Assembly (NCBI GenBank): GCA_051294375.1
Contig: CM119271.1
Location: 1,606,721 to 1,670,720 of the forward strand
From: Paraspadella gotoi
Lineage: Eukaryota; Animalia; Chaetognatha
Length of the DNA stretch: 64,000 nucleotides
Direction: 5' to 3'
Shown here: positions 13,201 through 26,840 of the stretch, one piece after another
Position numbering within the stretch: position 1 is the stretch's first letter
Layout of the letters: every line of letters starts with the position of its first letter
Notes under the pieces: model-generated
The model's input: only the letters and a program-made list of their open reading frames with translations
What the model was told of the DNA's origin: nothing
The model's database searches: none
Program-made: the position numbers and the translations under genes

Positions 13201-15790
13201 CATCCCCGATGACAAAGAGACATTTACCGTCGCCGCCGACGCTGTCTACATCCCCGACATGAGATTCGTAGAGGGAGAGATCAACATGACGGCCACCGTC
13301 GTCTCTGCTGATGGAAAATCGTAAGTTTTGACGAGTATGGAGCTACTGTTTTCTGAAAGCCCCCCTTTCCGTTCTTAATCCTTAACTCTAATCTCTTATG
13401 CAATGCTCTTAACACAAATCCTTAACTTTTTCCCTACCCTACCCTTTCCCTTTCCCTACCCCAAACCTAAACATAAACTCTAATTCTTAACCTTAAATAG
13501 CCATAGCCGATGAAATTTAAATGCTATGTATTAGGAAAAAACAGTTTTGTGTTGACAACGAATTATTTGACACAATTTAGTCAGACATGTCGGCTCATCA
13601 AATTTAGAAGCCTTCATCAGTGTTGACAATCAATATTTTGTCTCTGTTGAAAGTAAGTTCTTTTGAGAGAGAGAAAGAGAGAGAGGAGAGAGAGAATGAG
13701 GGAGAGTTTCCAACAGAAGAATAGGGTAAGGGACAGTGGTCAGATCTGAGGACAGCTGAAGGTGAGGAGAGGGAAGAAGTAAGTCTTTGAAAAATGAAAT
13801 GAGAGTGGGAGAGAGAGAGAGAGAGAGAGCAAAGCAAAAATTTTTTAAAAAATACATTTAGCAATGTACAACAGAAGATAAAATGCATGAAATCTAAACA
13901 TAAACTGAAATTAATGTTAACAATAGAAGGGAGAGATCAACATGACGGCCACCGTCGTCTCTGCTGATGGAAAATCGTAAGTTTTGACCAGGATGGAGCT
14001 ACTGTTTTCTGAAAGCCCCCCTTTCCGTTCTTAATCCTTAACTCTAATCTTTATGCAATGCTCTTAACACAAATCCTTAACTTTTTCCCTACCCTACCCT
14101 TTCTCTTTCCCTACCCCAAACCTAAACATAAACTCTAATTCTTAACCTTAAATAGCCATAGCCGATGAAATTTAAATGCTAATGTATAATGTGTTAAAAT
14201 AATCTATCATGAGCATAGATTATGGTATTAAAATATTTTTTGTCAAAATGCTTTCTTCTAATAAGGCTTATTACAATTATTATATTATTATATAAAGAAA
14301 AACAATTTTTTTGAAATTTTGAAATTTTTTGGATTCTGATAAAGCATAAAAAGCTTTTAAAAATTCTTACGTTTTTTAAGTGAAGATAGAAAAAAAACTT
14401 CTTGTTTCAGAATCATGATTTTGGCTGAAGATTTAGAAGTTAATAGTTTGATTTGGTCTTTACAAATTACATGCTAATAATATAAAAAAGAAAACAAATT
14501 ATTTCTGGAGGTAACAATTTTGTTATGCACCTTTGAGGGAGACAGAAGTCTCTGAAGATCAGTGCATATATTTAAAAATAAACATGTTACCTTCAGAAAT
14601 AATTTGTTTTCTTTTTTAAATTATTAGCACGTAAAGACCAAATCAAACTATTAACTAATAAAAAACGGATAAAATCATCGAAAGATGATTATGATGATGA
14701 TTTTTAAAAAATTTTCTCACTCATTTTTATATTTAAAAAAGAAATATAAATTTAAATATTCTCAAAAAAATTTCTGGCCTTTCCTATCTATAAATAAATA
14801 TTAAAAGAATAATTACTAGGTTATGGAGCCATGTGAGAATTTTTTTGTCCATTGAAAGTCTACTTAAAAAATTTACAGGGAGTACATGCTCAAACCAAAA
14901 TTTATAATTAATTAATTGTAAATTTTTGACTCACCCCTACTATAAGAGTATTTAATACATTACTTATTTACTATTAATTTAAAAACACTGATACCATCTC
15001 AATTTTCAGCAATGGCACAGTGAAGAAAATAATAGGGTATTTTTACGAATATGTCGAGATTCGATACACACTGGCGGAGTTTCGGAAATTCGTCCCCGAT
15101 CTTGACGGCGCCACTATCAAGTTTCAGGCTGACATGTCCGATCCCGTCTGGTTGGATAGCGCCGTCGGTTATTCCATCTCCAAAGTCATGAAACAAAAGG
15201 TAAATTTTTGGGGATAATAGTAGATTAATTAGTTAAAAAGTATTATATTTAGTAGTTACCTGACCCGCGCGATTTTCCTTTCTACCAGGTGCATCTCAAG
15301 TTCCTTGGCACCGCTCCTTTTGTCTACAAACCGGGGATGCCTTTCTCCTTTCAGGTTGTTGCTTTTACAACGGACAGGTGCGAAAAAAAAACAAACAAAA
15401 GTACAATCTCTATTTAACACGATGAAAATGTATTAGTAACCAAAGTATTCGATAATGCCGCTAATCTAAAAGTTTACTGTTTAAACCCCAAAAGAACCTC
15501 TAAACTTCCGGGCGAACAAAAAAAAGCTCATCCGCGTCGACGCCGCCGGCCAGCGTCTCGACGAGCCGATTCGCGAAGACGGCGTCGCCCGTTTCGAGAT
15601 TCGGCGGCCCGTCTCGGGCGATTCGTTTTCCATCGACGCCACTTTGGACGGAGACCCCAGCGTCACCGCCAGGATCGTCGCCGTCCAACATCGCGACTCG
15701 AAAAAACAGTTTTTACATTGACGACGACGACGGTCAATCCGACAGTCGGTGAGTGGAGAGGGAGAGAGTGAGAGAGAGAGAGAGAGAGAT

Positions 15791-15843
<53 letters not shown>

Positions 15844-18800
15844 ACAAACTAAGAACACAACAAAAAGAGAGAAAGCTGAAAAAGAAGAAAGAAAGAAAAA
15901 AAGAGAGAAAGAGAAAAAATAAGAGAAAGAAAGACAGAAAGAAAGAAAGAAAGAGAAAGAAAGAAAAGAAAGAAAAAGAGAATAAAAGAGAGAAGAAAAA
16001 GAGAATAAAAGAGAGAACGAAAGAAAGGAAAATAGAATAAAGAGAGAAAAAAGAAGAGAGAAAGAAAAAGATAATAAAGAGGAGAAAGAAAGAAAGAGAG
16101 AAAGAAAAAGAGAATAAAGAGAGAAAGAAAGGAAAGAGAGAAAGAAAAAAGAATAAAAGAGAGAAAGAAAGAAAGAGAGAAAGAAAAAGAGAATAAAAGA
16201 GAGAAAGAAAGAAAGAGAGAAAGAAAAAGTGAATAAAAGAGAGAAAGAAAGAAAGAAAGAAGAGGAAAGAGTCAAAAAGAGAGAGAGAGAGACAGAGACA
16301 GAAGAGTTTGAAAGCTCGTTATTTTCTCCGAAGGTCGTTTCATCATCATCCACGCCTACTCGGACCATCATCTGCAACACTTTCAGTTCGTTGTCCTCTC
16401 TGCTTCCGATCTCATTGCAGACGGAAAAGTCTCGATGCAAAACAGACAGGTCAGAATATTTATGAGGTGATTCATTATGACAAAAACAGACAGATAGACT
16501 GACAGATGATGAAGACAGACTTGTCAGAAGATTAATGAATTGATTTATGATGACAGACAGTCAGACAGTTATGATGAAAAGCGACGGGTCAAAAGATTGA
16601 TGTGATGATTTACTGTGAGGAATACGGTGCACGAAACTCGACTTTTGCTGTTTAAAACCAGGCTACCTTTGACATTGCCGTCTCCAACAAAATGCTACCA
16701 ACAGCTCACGTGGTCGCCTATCATGTCGCAACTGATGGCCGACTGCTCTCAGCAGCTCTACATTTTCACGTCAGGTAATTCAAAATATCTGTTCATGACA
16801 AAGATCGATAGGCCCCACTAATCTTGGCATAGTAGTCTCATATAGTGACACACTTTTTAACCAAGAGTGAGACTTCAGATTTGATTTGACCAAAAGTAGT
16901 ATTAGAAATTTGAGGCTCGAAATCTCTTCCCACAACCCTCAACTAAAAAGCCAAGAAGTAGACTCGGACCTGGGAATGCAAGTTCACTACTCCAAGGACC
17001 CGACCACCAACACGATCGAGATGGTGGCCAACGCTCACCCCGGGTCCTACGTCGGCTTTTCCGCCGTCAACTTCTATCAACACTCCTTGACGGGCGGTTG
17101 GGGCGTCACGGAGCAAAGAGTCAACCACGAAATGTCCAAATTGGATAGAAATAAGTTTCTTGTGAATTCGTTTACGTTCGTGGTGAGGAAATAGAAAAAA
17201 TATGTATATAAATAAATAAATAGATAAATTTTTAAAAAAATCCATAAGTTTTTGTTATGAAAAATTGCCCCATCTCCCATCACGCAGGGGTCAGAGGGTA
17301 GTCACGGTGATCGTACAGTTCACATACCATCCTCGAATCACGGGATCGACTCACTGGCCACAATTCAAAGTAAAAACAATTTTTGAATTTTTGGGATATT
17401 TTTCACTGATTCCGTTCAATGGACGACCCTCTCCAGGCGCGGGCCTCATCGTAATCACGGACGCGGTCGTCGAGAGCCTCTTCTCGACCTGCAACTCCTC
17501 GCGCCACGCCGGATTCTGCGACGGCGTCTGCTTCGCCGTCGACAAAGTCTGCGACGGCGTCCTCGACTGCACTGACGGATCCGACGAGAGTGAGACGAGC
17601 AGCTTTTGCGCGGCTGCCGCTGATGCCGCCGCCGCCGCTGCTGCTGCTTTGTTTGTTGTTGAATTTAGGAAGATACTGATTCTCATATTACAATATTATA
17701 GACAACTTGAAACAAAACGCTAACACATCACTCTTTGAATAATTTACTGCAATATGCAAATGAGATTTATGAACTCAACCATATCTTTCAGATATTAATA
17801 AGTTATTTAACTAATAAAAATATTACTTAATTAATACTTTGGTTGATCTCTAGGCAAATGTCCCGATCCGGAAGAAGAGGCGAGACTCGACCCATTTCTC
17901 CGCGCTGTCTTCACCCACGAGCTGACTTATGTCCACACTACCGCCAAATATTTATCCAACAGACTGGGCTTTTAAGGTAATTCATCGCCATGGATACGGC
18001 TGGGTTATAAACAACATTAACTAGGGACATTGTGAAATTTTAAAATTTCCTATTTTCAATAATAAGTCAAAATATACAACAGTACATGTTTTCACGGGTT
18101 TGTTTCAAGTCTTTATAAAAAAAGTTTTTTGTATGAAAAAAATAAACTAAAAATGACCGAAGAATTATAATAATGATTAATTTAACAAATTGTACTATTA
18201 AACAACTAAAAATCCCAACAGGAGAAAATGGTCGACTACTACGGTAAGGCGATTGTAACAGCAACTGTGCCAGAAGAAAGAACACTGTGGGCCGTTTCTG
18301 CTTTTGCCATTCATAAACACAAAGGACTGCAGATCATTCGAGGTGAATCTTGTTCCGCTGGACTCTTCCTTTTAGAAGGAACAGTTTCCTGACTAAATAT
18401 TAGATTTAAATAAAATTTTATTATCCGAAATTAATTAATCTCACCTGTTTGTTTTTGAATAAAGTTTAAAAAACTCGCTGATTAACTGATTGAAAAGCTG
18501 AAATCTATTTTTAGTTTATCGATACCGTTTTTTCCCCCAAATTAAGTTGGCAGACACATGGGTTAAGGACTCTTAGAAGATAACTTTCAATCAAGGCTCT
18601 CTCACAGTCTAGTTGGTTAACTCCCAATTGTTGGCTTCCATATCAATGAAGCGTTATAATGTTATGTTATCATTTATCCTTTTCAGATCCAACATTCATC
18701 GTAGGAGCCCCTTATCTCACTATGAAGCTTCAGGGGCCGAGAGACGTTCGCCTCGGAGAACAATTCGGTACGCTAAATATAATTTTTTTTTGCCTATGGT

Positions 18801-19283
18801 TTTAAAATTGCAAACTAAGTATATACATTGTACAATTTAGCTTTGTTTTAACTTGAATACTAAACTCTTTAAATATAGTTTAAATATTTCTTTTCCCCTC
18901 AGCCGTCATGGTGGGCCTAACCAATGAAGTTCCACAAACGCTCGAGGCGCTCTTGTCGCTCAAAGGATCCGATACTTACTCTTTTGTTCACGTGGACGAT
19001 TTCAATTACATACGGGCCTACGATCCAACGACCTACTCCGGATATGATTTTCAGACATTGGTAAAAGATTTTTAAAACATTATTAGTATTATACAAATTT
19101 TTTGATAGAGCCGCAATGTTCCATTTTCATTTACAATTAATATTAAAAAATACGTAAAAAGTCATGAGAAATTCAAAACTACATTTATTTCTCACTTGGC
19201 ATTTATATCAACGTTCTTGTCTTATTTTGATTTCAAATAATCAAATCAAAATAAGACAGGAATATTGCGAGAACACTTTTAAT

Positions 19284-19336
<53 letters not shown>

Positions 19337-22300
19337 CTCATTTTTACTCATTTTAACTTTCCTCAGGTTGTGCTCCGAGGTCGTCGCAGTCGCCTCATTA
19401 ACTTTCCCGTCGTGGCGAAGGAGTTGGGTGAGGTCAAAATCAAAGTCATCGTTCAGACTCCCGTCGTTTCCATCACAAAGACACTTACCCTGGGTAAGGA
19501 CTATAGCAACTCAATAAATAAATAAAATTATTAAATAAGTAATTCTAAAGTTTTTTTGTCCTTTAATCACTGAATAAATGAATAACTTCAACCCATCAAT
19601 GAATCATTGAATAAATCAAATAGTCATTTTTTGGACAATCAGAGGTTCTACCACAGGGAGTCGTGGCCGATGAATTTACGCCCATTTTCATCAATCTCGA
19701 CAGCACAGGTATTAAAAAAAGTCATAAAAAAGTCATAAAAAAAAGTTGTTTTTTTTTCTTGTTTCTGTTTTCGCGTCCATAACTGTTCTCCAATGTTCAT
19801 TCGATCGTTCATTTCATTACTGAGAATTTAGTGTGCAATTAATGTGCAAAATATTGTTTTAAGAGATTTCAACTTTGTGCGCCTAAGTCCTAATGGCCTT
19901 ATTAACTTCATTTCTCATCAAATTTAAAACCTACATGTACTTATGACCTCCCAACCCAGCCAAGTACAAAGACTTCTTGGCCATCTGGATGCCCGAGCGC
20001 TTCAAGGTCCCCTTGGAGCCTCGCTACCAGTTCGTTCCCGGTTCGCGCCTCGCCAGCATCTCGCTGGTCGGCGACGTCATGGGCAACAACTTTATACACG
20101 ACGTCTTGACTGTAGGGAACACAATCGCGTTGGAGTTTCATTCCGGCGAGGCGGTTCTTTACACGTGGGTGGTTGTACTTATTTTTTTTTAATATTTTTT
20201 TATTTTAGTTTTTAGTATGGAAAAAATGATGCGAGTTCAAAAAATGATGCGAGTTAAAAAAAAATTTAAAAAAGGTTTGCCCCCTAACATATTGTGATTT
20301 ATCATCTGATTAGCAGATTACCGCTTAATTATTGTAGGCAGATCCGACATTGTTTGCTCAAACTTGTTTATTTTTATTTTATTTTTAAATTTTTATTTTT
20401 TTAATATTATCTCGCCAGACTGGTTTAAGATAATCGTTTAGAATTGCTTCTTTGTGCCGTCGTCGTCGTCGTCGTTACGCTTTTTTACAATTGGAAATTG
20501 TAAAAGTATGTAACCATAAGAAGCTAAAAATTTAGATATGGCTTCTCATCATCAAGATCTCTGAAATTGTCATTTTTCATATCAATACTCTGATTTCTTT
20601 GTTTTATTTACTAAACAATTTTTATATAAAAACTACTACGAATTACAAATACAATTATGATTTAATTATCTGTTGCTCTCTCTCTCTTTTAATTATATGT
20701 CGCTCTCTCTTTTTTTCTCCATCGCTGCCTCTTCAGATTCGTTTAAAAACAAGTTCAGATCTGCAGCAGCTGGACTGCTCTTTTTCTTTCTCTCTCTCTT
20801 TCTCTGTTACTATTACATAAATAATCTATTACTATTACTTTAATAATCAATTATTATTACATCAATAATCAATTACTATTATATCAATTATCAATTACTA
20901 TTACATCAATAATCAATTACTATTACATCAATTATTAATTACTATTACTTCAATAATAAATTTCTATTACTTAAATAATTTGTTATCGCATCAAATTTTT
21001 TCCCGGATGTTTTATGATAGAAACGACTTGCGAGATCACTATACTATATCACTATACTATCACTTTATTGTTGAAATCTTAATTAATTTAAATATAACAG
21101 CATCATCATTTTGACGAAATGTCATAATTTCCATTTTCCATCAGCGTCGTCGTGAATCTGTTGACACTTCGCTACCTCAAAGATTCGGATTATTTGACCC
21201 CGGATCAACTGCAGAAGACTATGAAGGGCGTGGCCCTACATCAGATTCGACTCATGTCGATGTACGTCTACGATCGAGAGATGGACTGGGGCTATTTTCG
21301 ACCCTTTAGGGGCACCACCAAGGGTAGGGAAAGCAAAGGGCTACAGGCGCGATTCTATTATTTGAAATTCGTTCTCCCCTCAATTACGGAAAAATTACAG
21401 AAAACTTGTGGTTCACCGCCAGCGTGTTCAAGTGGCTTCGTGTAGGCCAGATCCCCGAGTGGGAGGATTACTTCTGGGTCGACAACACCATGCTGGAGAG
21501 ACTGCTGAAGTGGATGATGGCTCACCAGCACAACACCACCGACTCTGTAGATCGTGAGTCACTAATCTATTGGGATGGATTTATTTGATTTATTTCAACC
21601 AATTAAAGGAATTTTAAAGCTTTCCGCTTCATTTTTCTTCATTTACGTACATGTATAATTTATTTTTTTAATTATTTCTATATATGGCATTAAATATTGA
21701 CGTCAATACATAACAACCTTGCTTTTCCTGTTTGGGTTCTATTTTTTTTTTAATTATTAATTTATTTGACTTACATAAGTCATAACTTTACGTGATTTTT
21801 TTCCCTAAATTTAATTCCCTCATATTCAAATTTATTAAATTCTCAAATTTTTATTTAAACATTTCCCAACATCCCCAGTCCACCGTCGCGGCTGCTTCTA
21901 TGAACCTTACAACGAGACTTACCTATTCATCCACTTTGGCTCCACCTTCGAGTTGGACAACAACACCAACTTGGCGCTCACCGCTCATGTCCTCATCGCC
22001 ATCGCGCAAGAACCTCGATATTTGTTGGGATCGGTGGGCGCGAGGCTCGTCGTGGCCATCAACAACGCCGTCACTTGTTTGGAGAATAACTTAAAGTGGA
22101 TTCGGTAAGAAAAGATATGTATAATAGGAAATGCTTTCGACATTTGTATCTTATATTTGACCCAACCAAATAAACCACATTCTTACCCCAGAGAGCCCAA
22201 TCGACTGGGCTACAAAGATGCCCACTTAGTGGCTTTAATCACCTATGCGCTCCACGTTGCGGGCAGCGAGCAAAAAGATGAAGCCTTTAAGCAACTGGAA

Positions 22301-24926
22301 AGACTCAAGCTCGGGGAGACTTATTGGTACTGGACCAGGGACGGCAACGAGGTCCCTGCGCTGAAGAAGTCTAAATTGGCCAATTTTCCCAATCAATTGT
22401 GGGAACCAATGGAGGATTCAACTTTTGATTCATACACTATTGGTTGGCTATCATTATATATCATAATCCATTTATATGAAAGCTTATTTTATATTATCTT
22501 TATTTCTATTAAATTTATATTTATTCGCATTTCCATTTTTGCCTGACCTTTTTTATTCTTCCCTTCCATAATTTGCTCCTTTATTGTTATTTATATCATT
22601 ATAATCTATCGCTATATTATATTTTATTGCCTTCACCCAACTTTCAAATAATTCTTTTCCTCCCCAACATTCACAGCGGCGTCCTCCCTTGCCATGATGG
22701 TCTACAACATCCGGGAGAATCGAGAGGGTGAGTTCAACATCATGAAGTTTCTCCAGCAGCGTCGTCCGGCGATGTTCGGTTGGCGGTCGACTCGGGGGAC
22801 ACTCCTCGCTCTCGATGCTCTGAGAAGATTCGCCAAACTAGAGTTTAAAAGAACCACCTTCGACATCACCGTCAGCATGAACATGTCTCTTTCACCACCA
22901 GTCAGGCACAGGTATATTGTCATGGGTAATGATTGTTAGAGTAAACAGAAAAGAGTAAACAGTCGATCGAGATGCTAGTCAAACAACATTCATGCTTTTG
23001 GCTTATAGATCCACACCAGTTCCCAAGTCGCAAGTTCATTAGCAAATTCATTATTTCTAAATGACCGTTATCACTCACAGTTTTGCCAATCTCCACAAAA
23101 AGAGCCTCCCTTCAATGCAACTGCTCGAAGTCCCTGACGCTTGGGGTCAGTTGGAGCTCCAGGCCAACGGGACGGGTTACGCCCTATTTGGCGTCCTCCA
23201 CGAGATGAGCGTCGAGCACGAGGATCAATACGCCGCGTGGAATCCGCCGCTCACGCAGCGACCGGATTTAGTTGGTTTGATTTATTGATATTGTTTTTAT
23301 TTTTGCTTTTATTGTTTTAGTTTTAGTTTACAAAAAAGATTTATCTCCACAAAATTTTCATATGTTTAATTTTTATCCATTGAGCGTCTAAATTTTGTGT
23401 ATCAAACTTTATTTTTTACAATCTAAATTTAAATATTATTATAATTTTTATTTAGGGACGGACCAGGATATCATGCCTTTTGGACTTAGATGGGAAATAA
23501 CTTATTCAGGACGAAATTTATCTCACATCCACTTTAAGGTAATAAGATAAAATTCAAGATAAAAAATGAACTGTGCATTCTACCTGTTTATGCTCTGCTA
23601 TCTGATAAATAAGATACGGTATACTTTAGGTGAAATTACGCTATCAAATGCTGGACGTCTCTCCTCGCAGTAACATGGCAGTTTTAAAGGTTAGTCTGCC
23701 TTTTAGGAGTTTATAACAATATAATTTTGAACCAATATGTATATGATTAATACGTATCAATATCATGGCTATCATCTTTTTCCTCAGGTGGAGCTGCCAT
23801 CTGGTTATAACTCGTGGGATCAATACTTTGTCAGTTACGGTTACGCAAGAAATCCTCCAAATTTGTTAAGAGCAAAATGTTCGCGCGGTTCCGCTTACTT
23901 CTTTTTCACGTGAGTTAGTAAAAATTAATTTTTGTTATATCTTACTTGTGACCTATTACTTAGCCTATCTAAATTTATGATTAATCATTACATTGGTTGT
24001 TCCAATGTTATAACATAGCATAATTAATAAAGCAAACTGTTCCTAGTATGTTATTGTCTTGTAAGAAGAATGCAGGCCTTAAGTGACCATAGCTCGTACA
24101 AAGTCTACAGCGAGATGGTTTATTTATTAAATGAATGATTAATCAATTATATTATATTGATTGTCACGATTTCATACACAAACATTGAACAAAATCATAA
24201 ACACCCTACTTTGACACGTGACACGTTCCAATAACTGCACTATGTAAATTTTTTGCAATTCCACTAATTTAAACAAAGATGTTTAAACTTTTTCGACCAG
24301 ACATTTGGATGATAAATGGACGGAGGTCAAATTCACAGTTCAACGATGGTTCCCCGTTGCCAACATGAGTCAATGGCACGCCATCACCGTTTACGATTAT
24401 TACGAACCCATGATGACGAGCATGAGGTTCTACTCGACGATAGGTACGAGTTATTTGGGTTAGGGATTATTTAGTCAGGGATTAGGATTAAGGATTAAGA
24501 TTTAGGGTTAGGGATTAGATTTGTGTTTGGTATAAAGGTTCGAGATTAGGGTTAAGAATTGCGTTAATATTTAGAGGTGAAAGTTAAATATTTGGGTCAA
24601 AATTCGGAAATAGATTTGTATTGAATATTTGGGTTAGAATTAATTTCAGGGATTAGGAACAGAAATCGGGCGGTTTTGGAAAATAGTTCCCTTAACTCAT
24701 TACCAACTTAACTCTATAAAACCAATAACACATAAAACTCTCCAACAATATATCAGGATTAAAAAATCTGGACATTTGCAAAGTGTGCGGCAGTTTCCAG
24801 TGTCCCTACTGCTTCGACTACAACGCGGCGCCATCGAGCTTTCGATCGTCGGCGTCGTTTTTCGGCGTCATCGGCGTCATCGTCGCTTTGGTCGTCGTGA
24901 TCGAAAAGAGATTCGAGACATTTTGA
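10241..24926 (+). CDS. Mcr: Macroglobulin complement-related protein (Mcr/TEP6-type, alpha-2-macroglobulin/TEP family), ~30+ exons
   Basis: Signal-peptide exon 10241-10388. FYVIMAPKI|VRPD...TRNGMEIAGDSK|VFYRGIPDHLLMSVP (11538-12261) matches the Mcr N-terminal pattern. LDLa module CDGVLDCTDGSDE (~17490-17590); ISLVGDVMG followed by degenerate thioester site HSGEA (~20058-20153); FGWRSTRGTLLALDAL; RSNMAVLK|VELPSGY; RWFPVANMS...VYDYYEP; last exon 24757-24926 ICKVCGSFQCPYC plus a hydrophobic tail. Confidence 0.9.
13272..14185 (+). repeat. ~255-bp direct duplication (13272-13527 / 13928-14182) of an Mcr exon 3' end plus donor and intron, flanking a ~400-bp insert
   Basis: Two near-identical copies of agggagagatcaacatgacggcc...gaaatttaaatgcta. 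Confidence 0.95.
14438..14657. repeat. Inverted repeat (~75-bp arms), MITE-like hairpin in an Mcr intron
   Basis: agttaatagtttgatttggtctttac...ttatttctggaggtaaca mirrors tgttaccttcagaaataa...gtaaagaccaaatcaaactattaact. Confidence 0.85.
15753..16305. repeat. (AG)n / (AAAG)n purine tract within an Mcr intron
   Basis: Low-complexity tract that starts right after the donor at ~15749. Confidence 0.95.
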
Positions 24927-26418
24927 AAGGAGGAAGAGAAGAGGAGGAGGAAGAGGAGAAAGATGAGATGAAATCTAAATTTTATTTATTATTGATATTT
25001 TTGCTTGCCGTAAAAAATTAGAAGAAAAAAATAACAAATTTTATTTTGAGGTTTCATAATTCAATATTTTATTTCATATTTTATTTCATATTTTATTTTA
25101 TTATTTGGAAGACAATGCTATTGTCTTTTAATTCTCTTAATCACGGATTTTTATAGTATTTTAATAATACTACTAGTAATCATATAGCTTCATGCCCTTG
25201 ATTATGCCTATCACATTTCCTTCAATAAGAGCTAAAAAAAAAATTGGTTTATCGATTTCTTATGACAAGCAAAAACTAATAACAAATGAAATTGAAACTA
25301 CAATTGTTTCCAAACTTATCACTCCTAAAAACTATATTAGAAATGATGATCCTAAGCGTTCTATAACGTCTTAATTTGTTTGTTTTTCTTGTTTATGTTC
25401 CGTGCTGCTGCTGTTATCTTATCTCACCAATCAAAAGCCATCTTCATTTTGAATTCTCACAATAAAAAGCCATCTTCATTTTGGATTCTCACCAATCAAA
25501 AACCATCTTCATTTTGGATTCTCAATGGAGCATAAAAGATATTATATCTATGCATAGTTTATATTCAATAATGTGCATTGTGCAATGTAGTCTTGTTAAT
25601 TTAAAAATTACCTAGATCACAATAATAAGCGGTTATGTACAATGAAGAAGATTCCTTGGGGGGTTTCTCAGTTTCAGATGAGAACATTGTTTGAGCAGTG
25701 CTTAATCTCGACTTAATATTAACTCAATCCATATATCAAAAGATAAAAATAGAATAATAACTTTATTAAGTATTCAATATCCAATAATCATTGAAAAACA
25801 TACATCAGAATGACAGAGCCAAAATGCAGCAGCAGCAGTAGAGCCGATACGCAGCAACAGTAGCAGTAGAACCGAGATGCAGCAACAGACGAGACGCAGC
25901 AACAGCTCAAAGCTACATAAAAGTTTAAATTAATTAACATATTCAAGTAATTTTACAAATATCATTTAATACCTGATGGTCTCAGAGGAATCTCCCAAAA
26001 ATTAAGAATTTACTCTCCTTTTATATACAAGGACACAATTATTACAACCAATGAGAGAATAGTTCACATTTTGAGAATAAAATCAAAACATCTACTAGTT
26101 ATTATTAACCAATAAGAGACCAGATATTCAAATTCAAGGTATAAAATTCAACCAATTAGAGACTTTAAACAGAACTATTGGAGTCATTCAATTAAACTTT
26201 AAATTCAGATATTTGAACCATTAAAAAATAAAAGGTCAGGGCTCAATTCAGATAAAAATCTTTATAAACTCTTTAACATACAATGTATATAAAAAATTTA
26301 GCCTTTTAACAAAATTAGAATTTTTTTAAAAACTTTTTTAACAAATTTAACTTGTACTAATTTTTTATTAATTTTAAAAAGGCGGCTAACATTCTATTAT
26401 GCTTATTTAGATATTTTT

Positions 26419-26455
<37 letters not shown>

Positions 26456-26840
26456 TCAAGGAAACAAAAATTTGAACCGTTTATAAATCTGCTCTCATCA
26501 TGTTAAAAAAAAAATCAGTATTCTTTTTAGTTATTTTGGAAAATATTTATTAAATATTTTTTTCGGTTTATATTTACTTCTCACCGTCTTGGATTGTTCT
26601 TTTCCAGCTAAAAAAATCATTACTATTGAAATTATTTTAAATTATTATTATTGCATCGTTGCAACAAACGAACATGGGTTGACAGACAAGCTATGAGTAT
26701 TGAGTAAACACCAAGCAAACAGAGAGGCTTTTTATATTTGAATTCAAATATAAAAAGCCTTTAATATTTTCTTTAATTATATTTCTTTAAATAAATATAC
26801 GAAATAAGCCCTTCACCACATCTTTCCAAAATGGCGTCCC

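Noticed and set aside
15481-16440. 319-aa minus-strand ORF rich in F/L/S and overlapping K/E/R-rich plus ORFs
   Set aside because: These are translations of an intronic purine/pyrimidine microsatellite tract.
17610-17650. Poly-Ala after the Mcr LDLa module
   Set aside because: It most likely lies in the intron after the GTGAGA donor near 17590; coding resumes at ~17854 (KCPDPEE), which supplies the last LDLa Cys.
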